A stretch of 64,000 nucleotides of DNA, from contig NW_027361699.1 of assembly GCF_039654945.1 (NCBI RefSeq), positions 21,018,001-21,082,000 of the forward strand, read 5' to 3'. This document shows positions 24,626 through 36,594 of this stretch, in pieces. The notes beneath the pieces are model-generated. The model was given only the letters and a program-made list of their open reading frames with translations. It searched no databases and was not told the DNA's origin. Position 1 is the first letter of the stretch. Each line of letters begins with the position of its first letter. A program made the translations under genes and the position numbers. The DNA is from Dendrobates tinctorius. Taxonomy: Eukaryota.

Positions 24626-24847
24626 AAGCTATATAGCCTAGTCATGGAATTGCAACCCATACCACTCTAAATGATAAGGTGATTCTGAGCGTTTGCCCTA
24701 GTCTGTACAGCGCAGGTAAAAAAAATTACCTATTGGTAATTTGTTAGAGGTGTCACGTCCTGGGAACATAGCAATCCATTGTCCCATGTCCTCTGAACAG
24801 ACGGACAGCAGTGTAGAGAGGTCCAGTTTGCATTATGCCTATCCCAC

Positions 24848-25230
24848 CTGCAATATGAACTATTCCTCGTATATTGATTGTAAAGAGTGCCAGACACTAC
24901 TCAATTGCATGAAAATAAACAATAAAGTTCATAATGCAAAAATAGTTTGTAGAAAACTGCATGCATAGTGCAGAAACGCTTATTATAGATAGTGCTAGGC
25001 AGTTTTCACAACACAAACATACATGAGCCTCAGAATGACATACCACAGGTTAAATGCTGAAGTACCACGATTGGGAATCCCCTTTACGCGCGTTTCGCGT
25101 TATTGCTTCTTCCGAAGCATGTACTTTTCTACAAATTATTTTTGCATTATGCACTTCATTGATTTTTTATTTTTATGCAATTGAGTAGTGCCTGGCACTC
25201 TTTATTTACAATCCATATATGAGGAATAGT
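24848..25230. mobile_element. small Penelope-like fold-back element with internal hammerhead-like motif
   Basis: 24848-24964 is the inverse of 25117-25230; minus-strand motif at 25082-25117. Confidence 0.65.
25082..25117 (-). ncRNA. hammerhead-like motif (U4G variant)
   Basis: CTT-CGGAAGA-A-GC-aataac-GC-GAAA-CGCGCG-TA-AAG. Confidence 0.55.
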
Positions 25231-27154
25231 AAGAAATAAAATGAAGTTGGATACTCATGAATTTTTAGAAGGATAATGTATTTTTTGCACCACTAGGTGG
25301 CAGCATAACAATAAAGAATATATATTAGACTATATGATGCATTTTCTCAAAAAAAATGTTAATAAAACTATGTAAATAACTAAAGATATTTATAAAATGC
25401 ACATGATTTTTCCTTCTATTAATTAATATGGATAATTAATTTCCAGAGGTTAATATATTTGAATTAAGGACGACTTTATGAGAGGATAATTGTGTCCTGA
25501 AAAAAATCAGTATAATTGATACCACGTTTTAAAAGGACATACCACGTGTTGTCTAATCATGTACCATTTTTATTGGGTATGTCTTATTATGTGTCATATC
25601 AAATAAAGAATTGTCTACTTTGAATAGTTTTAAGGTTTTTTTTGTAGGATAGTTTAATTATTGATTGGGCAACAATATTTTCTCCCAAACTATCGGATAT
25701 TTACTCAGATAAGCGCAGGTTCGACCATAAAGAATCCCCATCGCAGTCGGAGGTGGATGAGTTCCCCCTGTGTATCTCTGAAGGCGACGAGGAATAGACA
25801 GCGACCCATGAGGCAGACATTCATGTGTTGGGTGTTTCTGGGGGGGGAACTTTGGGACTGCTCAAATGAAGGACCTTACATTAAAAGGGGCATTTAGTAA
25901 TGTTACTGTTCTAAATGGGGTTGCTCAAGAGCCGGGGGTCAACACCAGGTTTCCATACTTTGCAGTAAATGAAGACTAGCTATGCCGGGTTACTAAACGG
26001 AGGGGGGAAGGTAATAGAACAACCATTAGTACCAGGGTCGTATAGGTGTAGGGTGTTAGACCTGGTCCATTCTCATGTCTTAGGTCGGCATCTGGGCATA
26101 GATAAAAACCCAAAAGTGGATCCTTCAGAGGTTCGACTGGTCTGGATGTCACTGATTGTTAGCCATTGCCGATCATGTCCCACCAGTCAGTCAATTAACT
26201 GCTCCAGTCTCTCACTTCTGCAGTCCACTAGAGCCATTACCCATTATAGAGGTCCCATTTGACCGCATTGCCATGTACCTTGTTGGACCACTAGTCAAGT
26301 CCGCCAGAGGACACCAATACATCCTGCTGGTCATGGACTATGCAACACAGTACCCCGAAGGCGGTACCACTAAGAAACTATACCCCAAAGTATAACCAGA
26401 GAACTGGTCCATATTTTTTCACGGACGGGCGTGCAAGGGAGATTCTGATGGACCAAGGAACTCTTTTCATGTCCAAAGTGATGAGGGAGTTGTGCAAGAC
26501 CCTCCAAATTACGCTACTCAGGACATCGGTCTACCATCCACAGATGGACGTCCTGATTGAGAGGTTCAACAACACCCTGAAAACCATGCTCAAGAAGGTC
26601 GTGGAGAAGGATGGCAGAGACTGGGGATTGCATATTCCCCTATTAGAATTTTTCCATTTGGGAAGTTCCATAGGCCTCTATGGGGTTTTCTCCATTCGAG
26701 CTGTTGTATGGCCGGCACCTTGGGGACTTCTGGATATTGCAAAGGAGACCTAGGAAGCAGGTGGTTACACCCCACCAGAGCATCACCAAGTATGTGGCCC
26801 AGATGAAGGAAAGGATTGCGGGGGTGATGCCTATTGTGAGAGAGCCTCCTTCAATCACAAGAGACTCAGGCAAAAGTCTACAAAGTCAGCAAGACAGACA
26901 GTTTAGCCCTTCAGATCAGGTATAGTGCTGATTCCCAGTGTCGAAAGTAAATTTCTGGCCAAGTGGAAGGGGCCATATGAAGTGGTCGAAAAGCTGGGTG
27001 ACATCAAATACAAGGTCCACCAGCCAGTGAGAAGAAAACCCCCAAAAGGTGTACCATGTCAACCTACTTAAGCAGCGGCAACACAGGGAACCGGTGAAAA
27101 CTACGTTCCTGGGGGCCCAATCCTGAAGCCAAGGTCGAGGATGTCACAGTGTTA

Positions 27155-27275
27155 GAGACTACAGCCAAGAGACAACAGCCAAGAGACAACAGCCAAGAGA
27201 CAACAGCCAAGAGACAACAGCCAAGAGACAACAGCCAAGAGACAACAGCCAAGAGACAACAGCCAAGAAACAACA
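27155..27275 (+). repeat. 14-bp tandem repeat (GAGACAACAGCCAA) x ~8
   Basis: Directly visible; internal units are identical. Confidence 0.95.
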
Positions 27276-28181
27276 AAATCAAGAACTGCTTCGGCGGAAT
27301 AGAAAGCTTTTTTCAGAGCTGCTGGAATGTACACGTCGTCAATCATGAAATTTTGACAGAAACAGATAAACTTAAAGCCATATTGAATTTGTGAAGCCCA
27401 AAGCAAGGTGATTTTGAAGGTGATGAGGATAATGTGGAGCCTAGGCGTTATTGAGGAGATAAAGAGTGACTGGTCTAATCCCATTGTCCTTGTGCCCAAG
27501 CCCGATTCAGAATGGCTGTTTTGTAATTATAGGAAGCTGAAGTCCGATTCACCCTGTCGATATACACATTAAGATGCTAGAATCAGCCAGATACATCACC
27601 ACACTTGACCTGACGAAAGGGTACTGGCAAATTCCCATGTCCCAAAGCGCTAAGGAGAAGACTGCCTTCTCTACACCTGACAGCGGCTTCCAACACATCA
27701 AAATGTCTTTCGGGCTGCAGGGAGCCCCAGTCACCTTCAAGAGGGCCATGGATAGGATCCTAGCCCCTTACAAGAAGTATGCCACAGCTTACCTGGACGA
27801 TAATGTGTGATTCAGCCCTGACTGGGGAAGTCACCTGCAGAAGGTTCAGGCAATACTGAAAACGCTGAGGAAGGCGCTGTTTAACATAAATCCAAAGAAG
27901 AGCGCCATGGGAAGGAGAAGGCAAAATACTTATGTTATATCGTCAGGATGGGCAAAATAAAACTGCAAGTGTAAAAAGTAAAGGCGATCCAAAATTGACC
28001 GCAACCGTTCAACAGGTTAGGGCATTTCTGGGAATTGTGGGATACGATCAGCGTTTTATCCAGAATTTCGCCATGATAGCTACACTCCTAACCGACCACT
28101 TTAAGGGCACAAAGACATCGATGACCAAGTGGTCTTCTGAACCGGAGACTGCGTTCAAGAGTTGAAGCTCCTCCTGTGTAA

Positions 28182-28494
28182 GGCCAGCTTCACATTTGCA
28201 TTCGGCAGAGCTGCAGAGGGCTGCGTAGTTCCTCCGTGAAGCTCCGCCCACTGCCGCACCTCTTCCGGTCAGCTCTGCCTACGTCTGCATGCGGCCTGCC
28301 TACCTATCTTTAACATTGGGTACACAGGCCGTGCGGATGTATGCGGATGCGTCCGCTTGCGTCGTTTTGACGCTGCAGCGACTTGCATCGAACGCAACAT
28401 GTGGCAGTGGGCGGAGGTGTGGCAATGGACGGAGCTTCATGGAGGAACTACGCAGCCCTCCGCAGCTCTGCCGAACGCCAGTGTGAAACTAGCC
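28182..28494. mobile_element. Tourist/Harbinger-like MITE in gypsy pol
   Basis: TAA|ggccagcttcaca ... tgtgaaactagcc|TAA; removal restores the reading LCKQLVL. Confidence 0.88.
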
Positions 28495-29718
28495 TAAACA
28501 GCTGGTCTTGGTCATTCCTGACTTCAATAAGGAGTTTGTGGTATAGGCAGATGCATCAGAGGTCGAGTTGGGAGCAGTGTTGTCCTAGGAAATAAATGGA
28601 GAGGAACATCCAATCCTATACCCAAGTAGGAAACTCTCCTCCTGTGAAAAGAACTATGCTATTGTGGAAATAGAATGCTTGGCAATTGACACTCGGAGGT
28701 ACTACCTGCTAGGCCGAAAGTTAAGACTAATGTCAGACCATGTGCCCCTGAGACCGATGAGGGAAAGGAAGGGAAAGAATGCCCGGGTGACTAGGTGGTA
28801 TCTATCGTTCCAGAACTTCAGCCTCCATATGGGGCACAGGCCTAGGCAACGACATGGAAACGTACATGCCCTGTCATACACCCTGCCCTGACGACTGAAG
28901 GTGGCAAAAAAAAACCAGCGCTGGGCAGAGGGGAGGGGAATATGTCAGGTCATTGGTAAAATAATGGATGAGGAGATGTATGTCACCGAGTATGTTAGCC
29001 TCAGTAATATGAACCTAAAACTATGCTCCAGCATGATATGTGCTCAGTAAGGTTTAACGGACACAATAGGATTGGGTTTTTGAGAACATAAGAGTTGGGT
29101 GGGAGACTGTTGACCATATATTCTGTGGTTCACAAGGTAAAAGTGAGGCCTTTGAGCTCACTAGTTTTGAGTATGTCTGGAGAGGAGCTCTCCAGAGCTG
29201 TGATCATGTTAAAAAGAGCTGAACCCTGCAGCCACACTGACTGTACTATATGCCATTTTGTTTTTACAGTTATGCCTGAAGGACAGTGTATGTTTACCCA
29301 ATTTTGGACTGGTTTATGCAGCACGTTTTTAAAAAACCAGTGGAAGACTTAAAAGTAAAGCATTCCTATGACTACCTCTTTGAGAAGTTGAAAGAGTTAA
29401 TCTACGTGTATGCACGCGTAATTAATTTGAAGTGCCCACTTTTTTGACCCATTAAAAATAAATAAATAAATAAATAAGTAAAACACGATTCGTTTCTCTA
29501 CATTTGTAAAATTCTGATCTATGAAAGTTAAGGAAAAAAAAAACCCTGCAGTTTTTTGGCCCATCACAAAAAAAAAGCAATAAAAATGTATCTACCACAA
29601 GATGGTTTCACAAAACACTGACCCTCACCATTCCATGTACAGAAAAAAAGTAACAAATTTATTTTCTAACTACGGTTACTTTTAACAAATTGAAATGAAA
29701 ATAATATCTATCTATCTA

Positions 29719-29754
<36 letters not shown>

Positions 29755-29854
29755 TCTCTCTATACATATCTCTATATCTATCTACCTATCTATATATATA
29801 AATCTATATCTGAGTGTATAGCCCCGTCTACTGCGCACCGCATAGCCACATCTA

Positions 29855-31454
29855 CAGTGGGGCAAAAAAGTATTTAGTCAGTCAGCAATAGTGCAAGTTC
29901 CACCACTTAAAAAGATGAGAGGCGTCTGTAATTTACATCATAGGTAGTCCTCAACTATGGGAGACAAACTGAGAAAAAAAAACCCAGAAAATCACATTGT
30001 CTGTTTTTTTTTCCATTTTATTTGCATATTATGGTGGAAAATAAGTATTTGGTCAGAAACAAAATTTCATCTCAATACTTTGTGATATATCCTTTGTTGG
30101 CAATGACAAAGGTCAAACGTTTTCTGTAAGTCTTCACAAGGTTGCCACACACTGGTGTTGGTATGTTGGCCCATTCCTCCATGCAGATCTCCTCTAGAGC
30201 AGTGATGTTTTTGGCTTTTCGCTTGGCAACACGGACTTTCAACTCCCTCCAAAGGTTTTCTATAGGGTTGAGATCTGGAGACTGGCTAGGCCACTCCAGG
30301 ACCTTGAAATGCTTCTTACGAAGCCACTCCTTCGTTGCCCTGGCGGTGTGCTTTGGATCATTGTCATGTTGAAAGACCCAGCCACGTTTCATATTCAATG
30401 CCCTTGCTGATGGAAGGAGGTTTGCACTCAAAATCTCACGATACATGGCCCCATTCATTCTTTCATGTACCCGGATCAGTCGTCCTGGCACCTTTGCAGA
30501 GAAACAGCCCCAAAGCATGATGTTTCCACCACCATGCTTTACAGTAGGTATGGTGTTTGATGGATGTAACTCAGTATTCTTTTTCCTCCAAACACGACAA
30601 GTTGTGTTTCTACCAAACAGTTCCAGTTTGGTTTCATCAGACCATAGGACATTCTCCCAAAACTCCTCTGGATCATCCAAATGCTCTCTAGCAAACTTCA
30701 GACGGGCCCGGACATGTACAGGCTTAAGCAGTGGGACACGTCTGGCACTGCAGGATCTGAGTCCATGGTGGCTTAGTGTATTACTTATGGTAGGCCTTGT
30801 TACATTGGTCCCAGCTCTCTGCAGTTCATTCACTAGGTCCCCCCGCGTGGTTCTGGGATTTTTGCTCACCATTCTTGTGATCATTCTGACCCCACGGGGT
30901 GGGATTTTGCGTGGAGCACCAGATCGAGGGAGATTATCAGTGGTCTTGTATGTCTTCCATTTTCTAATTATTGCTCCCACAGTTGATTTCTTCACTCCAA
31001 GCTGGTTGGCTATTGCAGATTCAGTCTTCCCAGCCTGGTGCAGGGCTACAATTTTGTTTCTGGTGTCCTTTGACAGCTCTTTGGTCTTCACCATAGTGGA
31101 GTTTGGAGTCAGACTGTTTGAGGGTGTGCACAGGTGTCTTTTTATACTGATAAGTTTAAACAGGTGCCATTACTACAGTTAATGAGTGGAGGAAAGAGGA
31201 GACTCTTAAAGAAGAAGTTACAGGTCTGTGAGAGCCAGAGATCTTGATTGCTTGTTTCTGACCAAATACTTATTTTCCACCATAATATGCAAATAAAATG
31301 AAAAAAAAACAATGTGATTTTCTGGATTTTTTTTTCTCAGTTTGTCTCCCATAGTTGAGGTCTACCTATGATGTAAATTACAGACGCCTCTCATCTTTTT
31401 AAGTGGTGGAACTTGCACTATTGCTGACTGACTAAATACTTTTTTGCCCCACTG
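29855..31454 (-). mobile_element. Tc1-like DD34E transposon, full length
   Basis: TA|CAGTGGGGCAAAAAAGTATTT ... AAATACTTTTTTGCCCCACTG|TA; ~200-bp TIRs; 1600 bp. Confidence 0.97.
30072..31094 (-). CDS. Tc1 transposase, intact 340 aa, DD34E
   Basis: [29 protein letters not shown]; 34 residues counted between D and E. Confidence 0.95.
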   Translation of the reverse strand: MVKTKELSKDTRNKIVALHQAGKTESAIANQLGVKKSTVGAIIRKWKTYKTTDNLPRSGAPRKIPPRGVRMITRMVSKNPRTTRGDLVNELQRAGTNVTRPTISNTLSHHGLRSCSARRVPLLKPVHVRARLKFAREHLDDPEEFWENVLWSDETKLELFGRNTTCRVWRKKNTELHPSNTIPTVKHGGGNIMLWGCFSAKVPGRLIRVHERMNGAMYREILSANLLPSARALNMKRGWVFQHDNDPKHTARATKEWLRKKHFKVLEWPSQSPDLNPIENLWRELKVRVAKRKAKNITALEEICMEEWANIPTPVCGNLVKTYRKRLTFVIANKGYITKY

Positions 31455-32315
31455 TATAATTGCCTTATATTGTCTGTCATCCACTTCCGTCTGGATGTCC
31501 CCGAATCCCACAATCCACTGCACCGCACCGGAAGTACGCCAACTGCCATTTTGGTACACCCAAGTGATGCCGCTCAGATCCAGGACGCAGCTGTGATCCC
31601 GATGGCGCTCGGATGCAGGCCACCGCTGCGATCCCAACCGCCCCTGGGATCCCAGCTGCCGCTTGGATCCATGCCACTGCTGCGATCCCAATGGGATCCC
31701 AGCTGCTGCTCGGATCCAGTCTGCCGCTGCGATCCTGACTACTGCTGCGATCCTGACCACCACGGGGGGTCCCGGCCGCTGCTCGGATCCCAACCGCCGC
31801 TCGGATCCAGGACGCCGATGTGATCATGAGGCTGTGAAAGGGGTGTAACGAGGGGGTATAATGAGGGGTGTAATAAAGGGGGTATAATGAGAGGCTGTAA
31901 TGAGGGAGAAGTAATGAGAGGGATGCCGCCGCCGGACCCCCGCCAGGACCCACTGCCTGACAACACGCGCCGGATCCCGCCACTGCCTGCCCACCCACCT
32001 CCATGCAGTCACAGCCGGCAGGAAAGACCACGGCTTGAGGCCTGTGCTGGACATTGGGTGCAGTCACCCTTTGGTGGCGCCGTACACCATCTCCAGCACA
32101 GACCGTAAAACACAGTCTTTCCTGCCGGTTGTGACTGCACGGAAGTGGGTGGGCCGCCACCCCCAGCGCCACAAAGCTGCCCTCTTCCTGATGTTACTGC
32201 CCTCCCGATGTGATAGCATCGGGCACACATCTAGTTTACTATAATATCCCACATCATCCCCGTCAGCCAGAGCCACCAGACAACTACCCCGAATATCCCA
32301 AAATCTTCCTGTCAG

Positions 32316-32665
32316 CCTGGGGTCAGAACCAGAGCGCTGAGTGGAACAGTCCTAACTTCCATACCAGTGATCCCTTTTTAAGAGAGACCTAGGGTCAGAA
32401 CCAGAGCGCTGAGTGGAATTGCCCTGACTTCCATACCGGAGATCCCTTTAAGAGGGGCCTGAGGTCAGATCCAGAGCGCTGAGTGGAATTGCCCTAACTT
32501 CCATACCAATGATCCCTTTAAGAGAGGCCTGGGGGACAGAACCACAGCGCTGAGTGGATTTCCCTGACTTCCATACCAGGGATCCCCTTAAGTGGTGCCT
32601 TGGGCCAGAACCAGAGCACAGAGTGGATTTGCCCTAACTTCCATACCGGAGATCCCTTTAAGAGG
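32316..32665 (+). repeat. ~70-bp tandem repeat x5
   Basis: ggtcagaaccagagcgctgagtggaattgccct(a/g)acttccatacc..gatccctttaagag units. Confidence 0.9.
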
Positions 32666-33303
32666 GAAGATGTGCCTATGGGATGGAGGATGTGTGATGT
32701 GTATATGGGCAGGGAGGGGGTGATTCATTTCTGTCATGTGCTCTCTGCTCCTTTCTGGGGGCAGACAATGTCTGGGTGCTTATGTTCCCGGGGATGCTAG
32801 ATTTCTCCCACCCGGTCACTGTCTGCTGAGGTGTTGTGGAGTGGGAAAACTGTTGCTCATAGAAACCAATCACAGCTCAGCTTCTGAAATGAAAGATCCT
32901 TAGTGATTGGGTGGGGCTATGTGAAATGGGCGTGTCTGATATGCACATATATCATACATTCATGTTATATATATATTGAATAGTGAAATGAATACTAATA
33001 TTCAAAACTGCAACTCATACCACAAAAAACAAGCTCTAGGACGGCTATGTCACTGGAGGAAAAAAAATATACCGTATATATGGCTCTTGGAAGAGGGGGA
33101 TTAAAAAATGAATGGCAGGAACTGAAAGTCATCTTGTAGGGAAGGGTTAAATAATGTATTTATGAATTCTACATTCACTTTAACGGTCACACAACAATTA
33201 GGTCAGTGTAGATGACAACATCTAGTTCTTTCAGAATTGTCTATCTGAGCTTTCCACATCAACAGCCAATTCTCCATGTAAACGTTATAGCTTTGTCTCT
33301 TAC

Positions 33304-33409
33304 ATTGGCTTTTCTTTCAGTTTCTCAGTGGAGGAATAAGAGTCCGAAAGCTGTAATCTCCTATCATCCTGAGGGGAGCTGGAACGGTTAGATTCAATTT
33401 CAGAAATAT
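33304..33409 (-). CDS. tjp2: ZO-2 exon (PDZ2-PDZ3 linker)
   Basis: DISEIESNRSSSPQDDRRLQLSDSYSSTEKLKEKP; acag / GTAAGA; 106 nt; phases 1/2 fit neighbours. Confidence 0.92.
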
Positions 33410-33538
33410 CTGTGTAACACAACATTTTTAAAATGTTAACATTGTAAAGAACTTTTTAAAATGAAGCAAAAAATTTTAACAAAGCCAATGAAAAAACAAA
33501 CAAACCAAACAATAGCCACCTTCCACTGTCAATTTTAA

Positions 33539-34228
33539 AGAGGTTGTCCACTACTTTTTACATTGATGGCCTATTCTTAGGATAGGATAGGTCATCAATG
33601 TCTGATCAGCCGGAGTCAGACACCCAGCATCCTCGCTGATCAGCTGTTACGGGTATTGGCATCAGGAAGTACTCACTTATCGAGCTGCGCCATATACTTG
33701 TAGTGACTGCCGAAGGGTAGTGCACATCAGCCTCCTATTAATTTGAGTAGGAGGCAGATATGCAGTACCAAGCAGGACTATGGAGTCAGTAAGCCATACC
33801 ACCAACTCCTCAATTTCCCTGACTCCAGACCCCACAGCACTGCCTCACATTGAGCATGTGCATAAAGTGCAGCACAGATTTAGCTCAACTAAAAGCTGAG
33901 ATCTTTAGATCAGGAACAGAACAGACATTTATAGGACATTTCATAACGTTGCCAATTATGAAAACATTTACAGCACATCCTGCACTGAACTACTGTACCC
34001 AATGTATTATATATTTTAGGAGTTGGAGTCAGTCCATATTATACCAACTCCAACTTAGCCAAAATGGATACCGACTAAACAACTGACTCCACAGCCCTGG
34101 TACTAAGCGCCAGGCACTAGAAATAGATGGAGCAGTTCTGCAAGTGAGTACTTCCGGACGGTGGCCACTGACACCGTTAACAGCTTCCTAAGATTAGGGC
34201 ATCAATGTAAAAGTAGTGGACAACCTCT
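33539..34228. mobile_element. T2/Kolobok-like MITE
   Basis: TTAA|AGAGGTTGTCCACTAC ... GTAGTGGACAACCTCT|TTAA. Confidence 0.88.
33773..34099 (-). mobile_element. hAT MITE, deletion derivative of the 20683-22807 family
   Basis: Same termini (gactccacagccctg); 33900-34080 is the inverse of ~20700-20880; 8-bp TSD gtaccaag / gtactaag. Confidence 0.85.
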
Positions 34229-35514
34229 TTAAGGCCACACCGATTCATGTTTTTTCATACATCAAAAATACAACGTAGTATTAGTAACTACAACCTGCAC
34301 CTCAGAAACAAGGGTTCAGAAAGGACATCTTCAGACAGACTGTTTTTTGTACATTAATGGATGGTCTGTGAAGGTTGAGGCTTTTAGTGAAAGAGCCGTG
34401 AGTTTAAGTGCTAAATACAGATCACTCTTTGCCTCCAACAGTGGGCTTCCATTGGTAACTGTGGTTCCCAACAACAAGAAATATTCTACATAGCAGACCA
34501 ACTTTTTGACATGTGTCTGAAGTATCTAAATCAGCCCCCTCAGTAATTAAAAAAGGTTTTGCTGGACGTGCTTATAATCAACCCACACTGGAAAATCAAA
34601 AACCATATTTAAAGGGAACCTTCAGGTGCTTTAACACTTTTAAACTGCCCTATGTCCTTTTAGTCCTTTATTTCAGTAGTTTTTATTGCTTTATACAACT
34701 GCATATGTGTCAGCAAGATAGACTTGTGAACATCAGCTCTCTGTATGCTTGTGAAGCAGAACTAGTGTGGAGAGACATTTGTTCACCGAGATGAGTCCGG
34801 ATTCAGGAGCGGTCAGTAACGTTTCCAGCGCTTCCACAGTTTGTGCTCCTCCAGGCAGCTTGGTTCCCCGATCAGGACTCTGCTATGCAGTGGGCTATTA
34901 CAACAGCTGTGATAGGGGAATGGAGTTTCAGGCGGGAACGCAAACTGTGAAGAGGTGGGCAATGCAAGGGAGCAGATATCACCTTGGGGGAACAACGGCT
35001 GCAGTAACCAAGCCCGGACTAATCTCGGTGAATAAACTGACTGGACTATTCCTGGTTCTCTACACAGCACAGTGAGGTGCTGTATACAAGTTCATTTTAC
35101 TGAATATATGCAGTTGTATAATTACTGAAACACCAGAATAAAAAACTAAATTGATACAGTTTAACCCCTTAGTGACCATCAACACGACTTAAAACTGACC
35201 TGAGATGTAAGAGACTAGCATCCCCCAACAGATGAAAAGGCCACCGCTGTCAGCTGTACACTATAGCAGACACCCTGATGCATCAGTCACGATCAGTGTT
35301 GACACCGACCACGGCCGTTTAACCCCATAGATGCTGCTGTCAATAGTGACAGCATCTAGATCATTAACAAGGTGGGGAGACTTCCCTCCTTAACCTCATC
35401 AGCACCGTGAGATCATGATTGTGAGGTCCTGATTGTTACCATGGCAATTCACAGTCAAATAATGGCCTTAGAGTCTGCTGGCTATAGGGGCCTGTTCAGG
35501 AGTTAGCGACATTA

Positions 35515-35898
35515 GGGCTATGTGCACACGGTGCGGATCCTCCCACGGATTTTTCCGCGCAGATTTTAAGAAATCCGCAGGTCAAATGACCTGCATTTTT
35601 CCTGCGGATTTCTTCCTTTTTTTCACGGTTTTACTGCCGTTTTTGTGCGGTTTTCCACCTGCGGATTTGTAGAATGGAGCAGGTGGAAAACTGCAGCAAA
35701 ACCGCACAAAAGAAGTCACATGCTGCTTCTTTTTTTTTTACCGCACAAAAACCGTGCGGAAAAATCCGCAGCGCGTGAACAGCGTTTTTTTTTCATTGGC
35801 TATAATGGTACTGTACATCACCTGCAGTTCTGCTGCAGATCCACAGCGGCAAATCCGCTGCAGATCCACGGTAGAAACCGCACCGTGTGCACAGGGCC
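35515..35898. mobile_element. Tourist-like MITE
   Basis: TTA|gggctatgtgcacacggtgcgg ... ccgcaccgtgtgcacagggcc|TTA. Confidence 0.85.
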
Positions 35899-36594
35899 TT
35901 AGGTGGTAAAAATAACATTTTCCATTTCAGTCATGCCACTTTGCATTATTTTTTGAAAAGCACCTGAAGGGTTAATAAACTACCTGACAGCAGCTTTGAA
36001 TATGTTGAGGGGAGCGGTTTTTAAAATGGTATCATTTTGGGGGGCTTTCAAATAAATGTCTCCCCAAAGTCACTTCAAAACTGAATAAGTCTCTAAAAAA
36101 AAAAGTTCTGCAATTTTACTTGAAAGAATGAAAAATACCTGCTACAATGTTAATCCCTTAACCCCTAAGCCTGTGTTCACCTTCATGACCAGGCCAAATT
36201 TAACAAAATCTCACAAGTGTCATTTTATGAATAACTCTGGAGCGATTCAACAGATCCCACCGATTCGGAGATTGTTTTTTTCTTGACATAATGAACGTCA
36301 TGATAGTGGTAACATTTCTTCAATATGACTTGCGTTTATTTGTGAAAAACACTGAAAACTGCAAAATTTTCACCAAATTTCCATCTTAATTTTTATGCCC
36401 TTTTTGCTTACAATTTTTTTTTTAAGGAAGCACATTACATATGAAGTGACTTTGGGGGCCTATATGACAGAAAACACCCAAAAGTGACACCATTCTAAAA
36501 ACTCAAAACCACATTCAAGAAGTTTATTAACCCCTTCCCGACCAGTGACAGTGCATGCGTCATGAAAGTCGGTGCCAATCCGACCAATGATGTA

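Larger units (their letters stand above)
25700..29000 (+). mobile_element. decayed Gmr1-like gypsy LTR retrotransposon (IN-RT-RH order)
   Basis: Integrase HSH..GRHLG..CRSC, PFDRIAM..VGP, MDYATQYPE, DQGT, YHPQMD..IERFN, KWKGPY at ~26010-27075; RT LDLTKGYWQI, FGL, YLDD at 27400-28160; RNase H DAS..LGAVL, EIECLA, SDH at 28500-28890; boundaries approximate. Confidence 0.88.
29707..32234 (+). mobile_element. non-autonomous Helitron carrying microsatellite, 18-bp repeats and a Tc1 insertion
   Basis: a|TCTATCTATC 5' end; 3' hairpin cccgatg-tgatag-catcggg, then CTAG|t; no TSD. Confidence 0.72.

Noticed and set aside
30445-31182. 245-aa plus-strand ORF
   Set aside because: Antisense shadow of the Tc1 transposase
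31362-32276. Several 60-231-aa GC-rich ORFs, possible captured gene
   Set aside because: Explained by short tandem repeats; no recognisable domain or splice structure
32316-32665. Regularly spaced repeats resembling a CRISPR array
   Set aside because: Whole 70-bp units are repeated with no unique spacers; vertebrate intron, no cas genes
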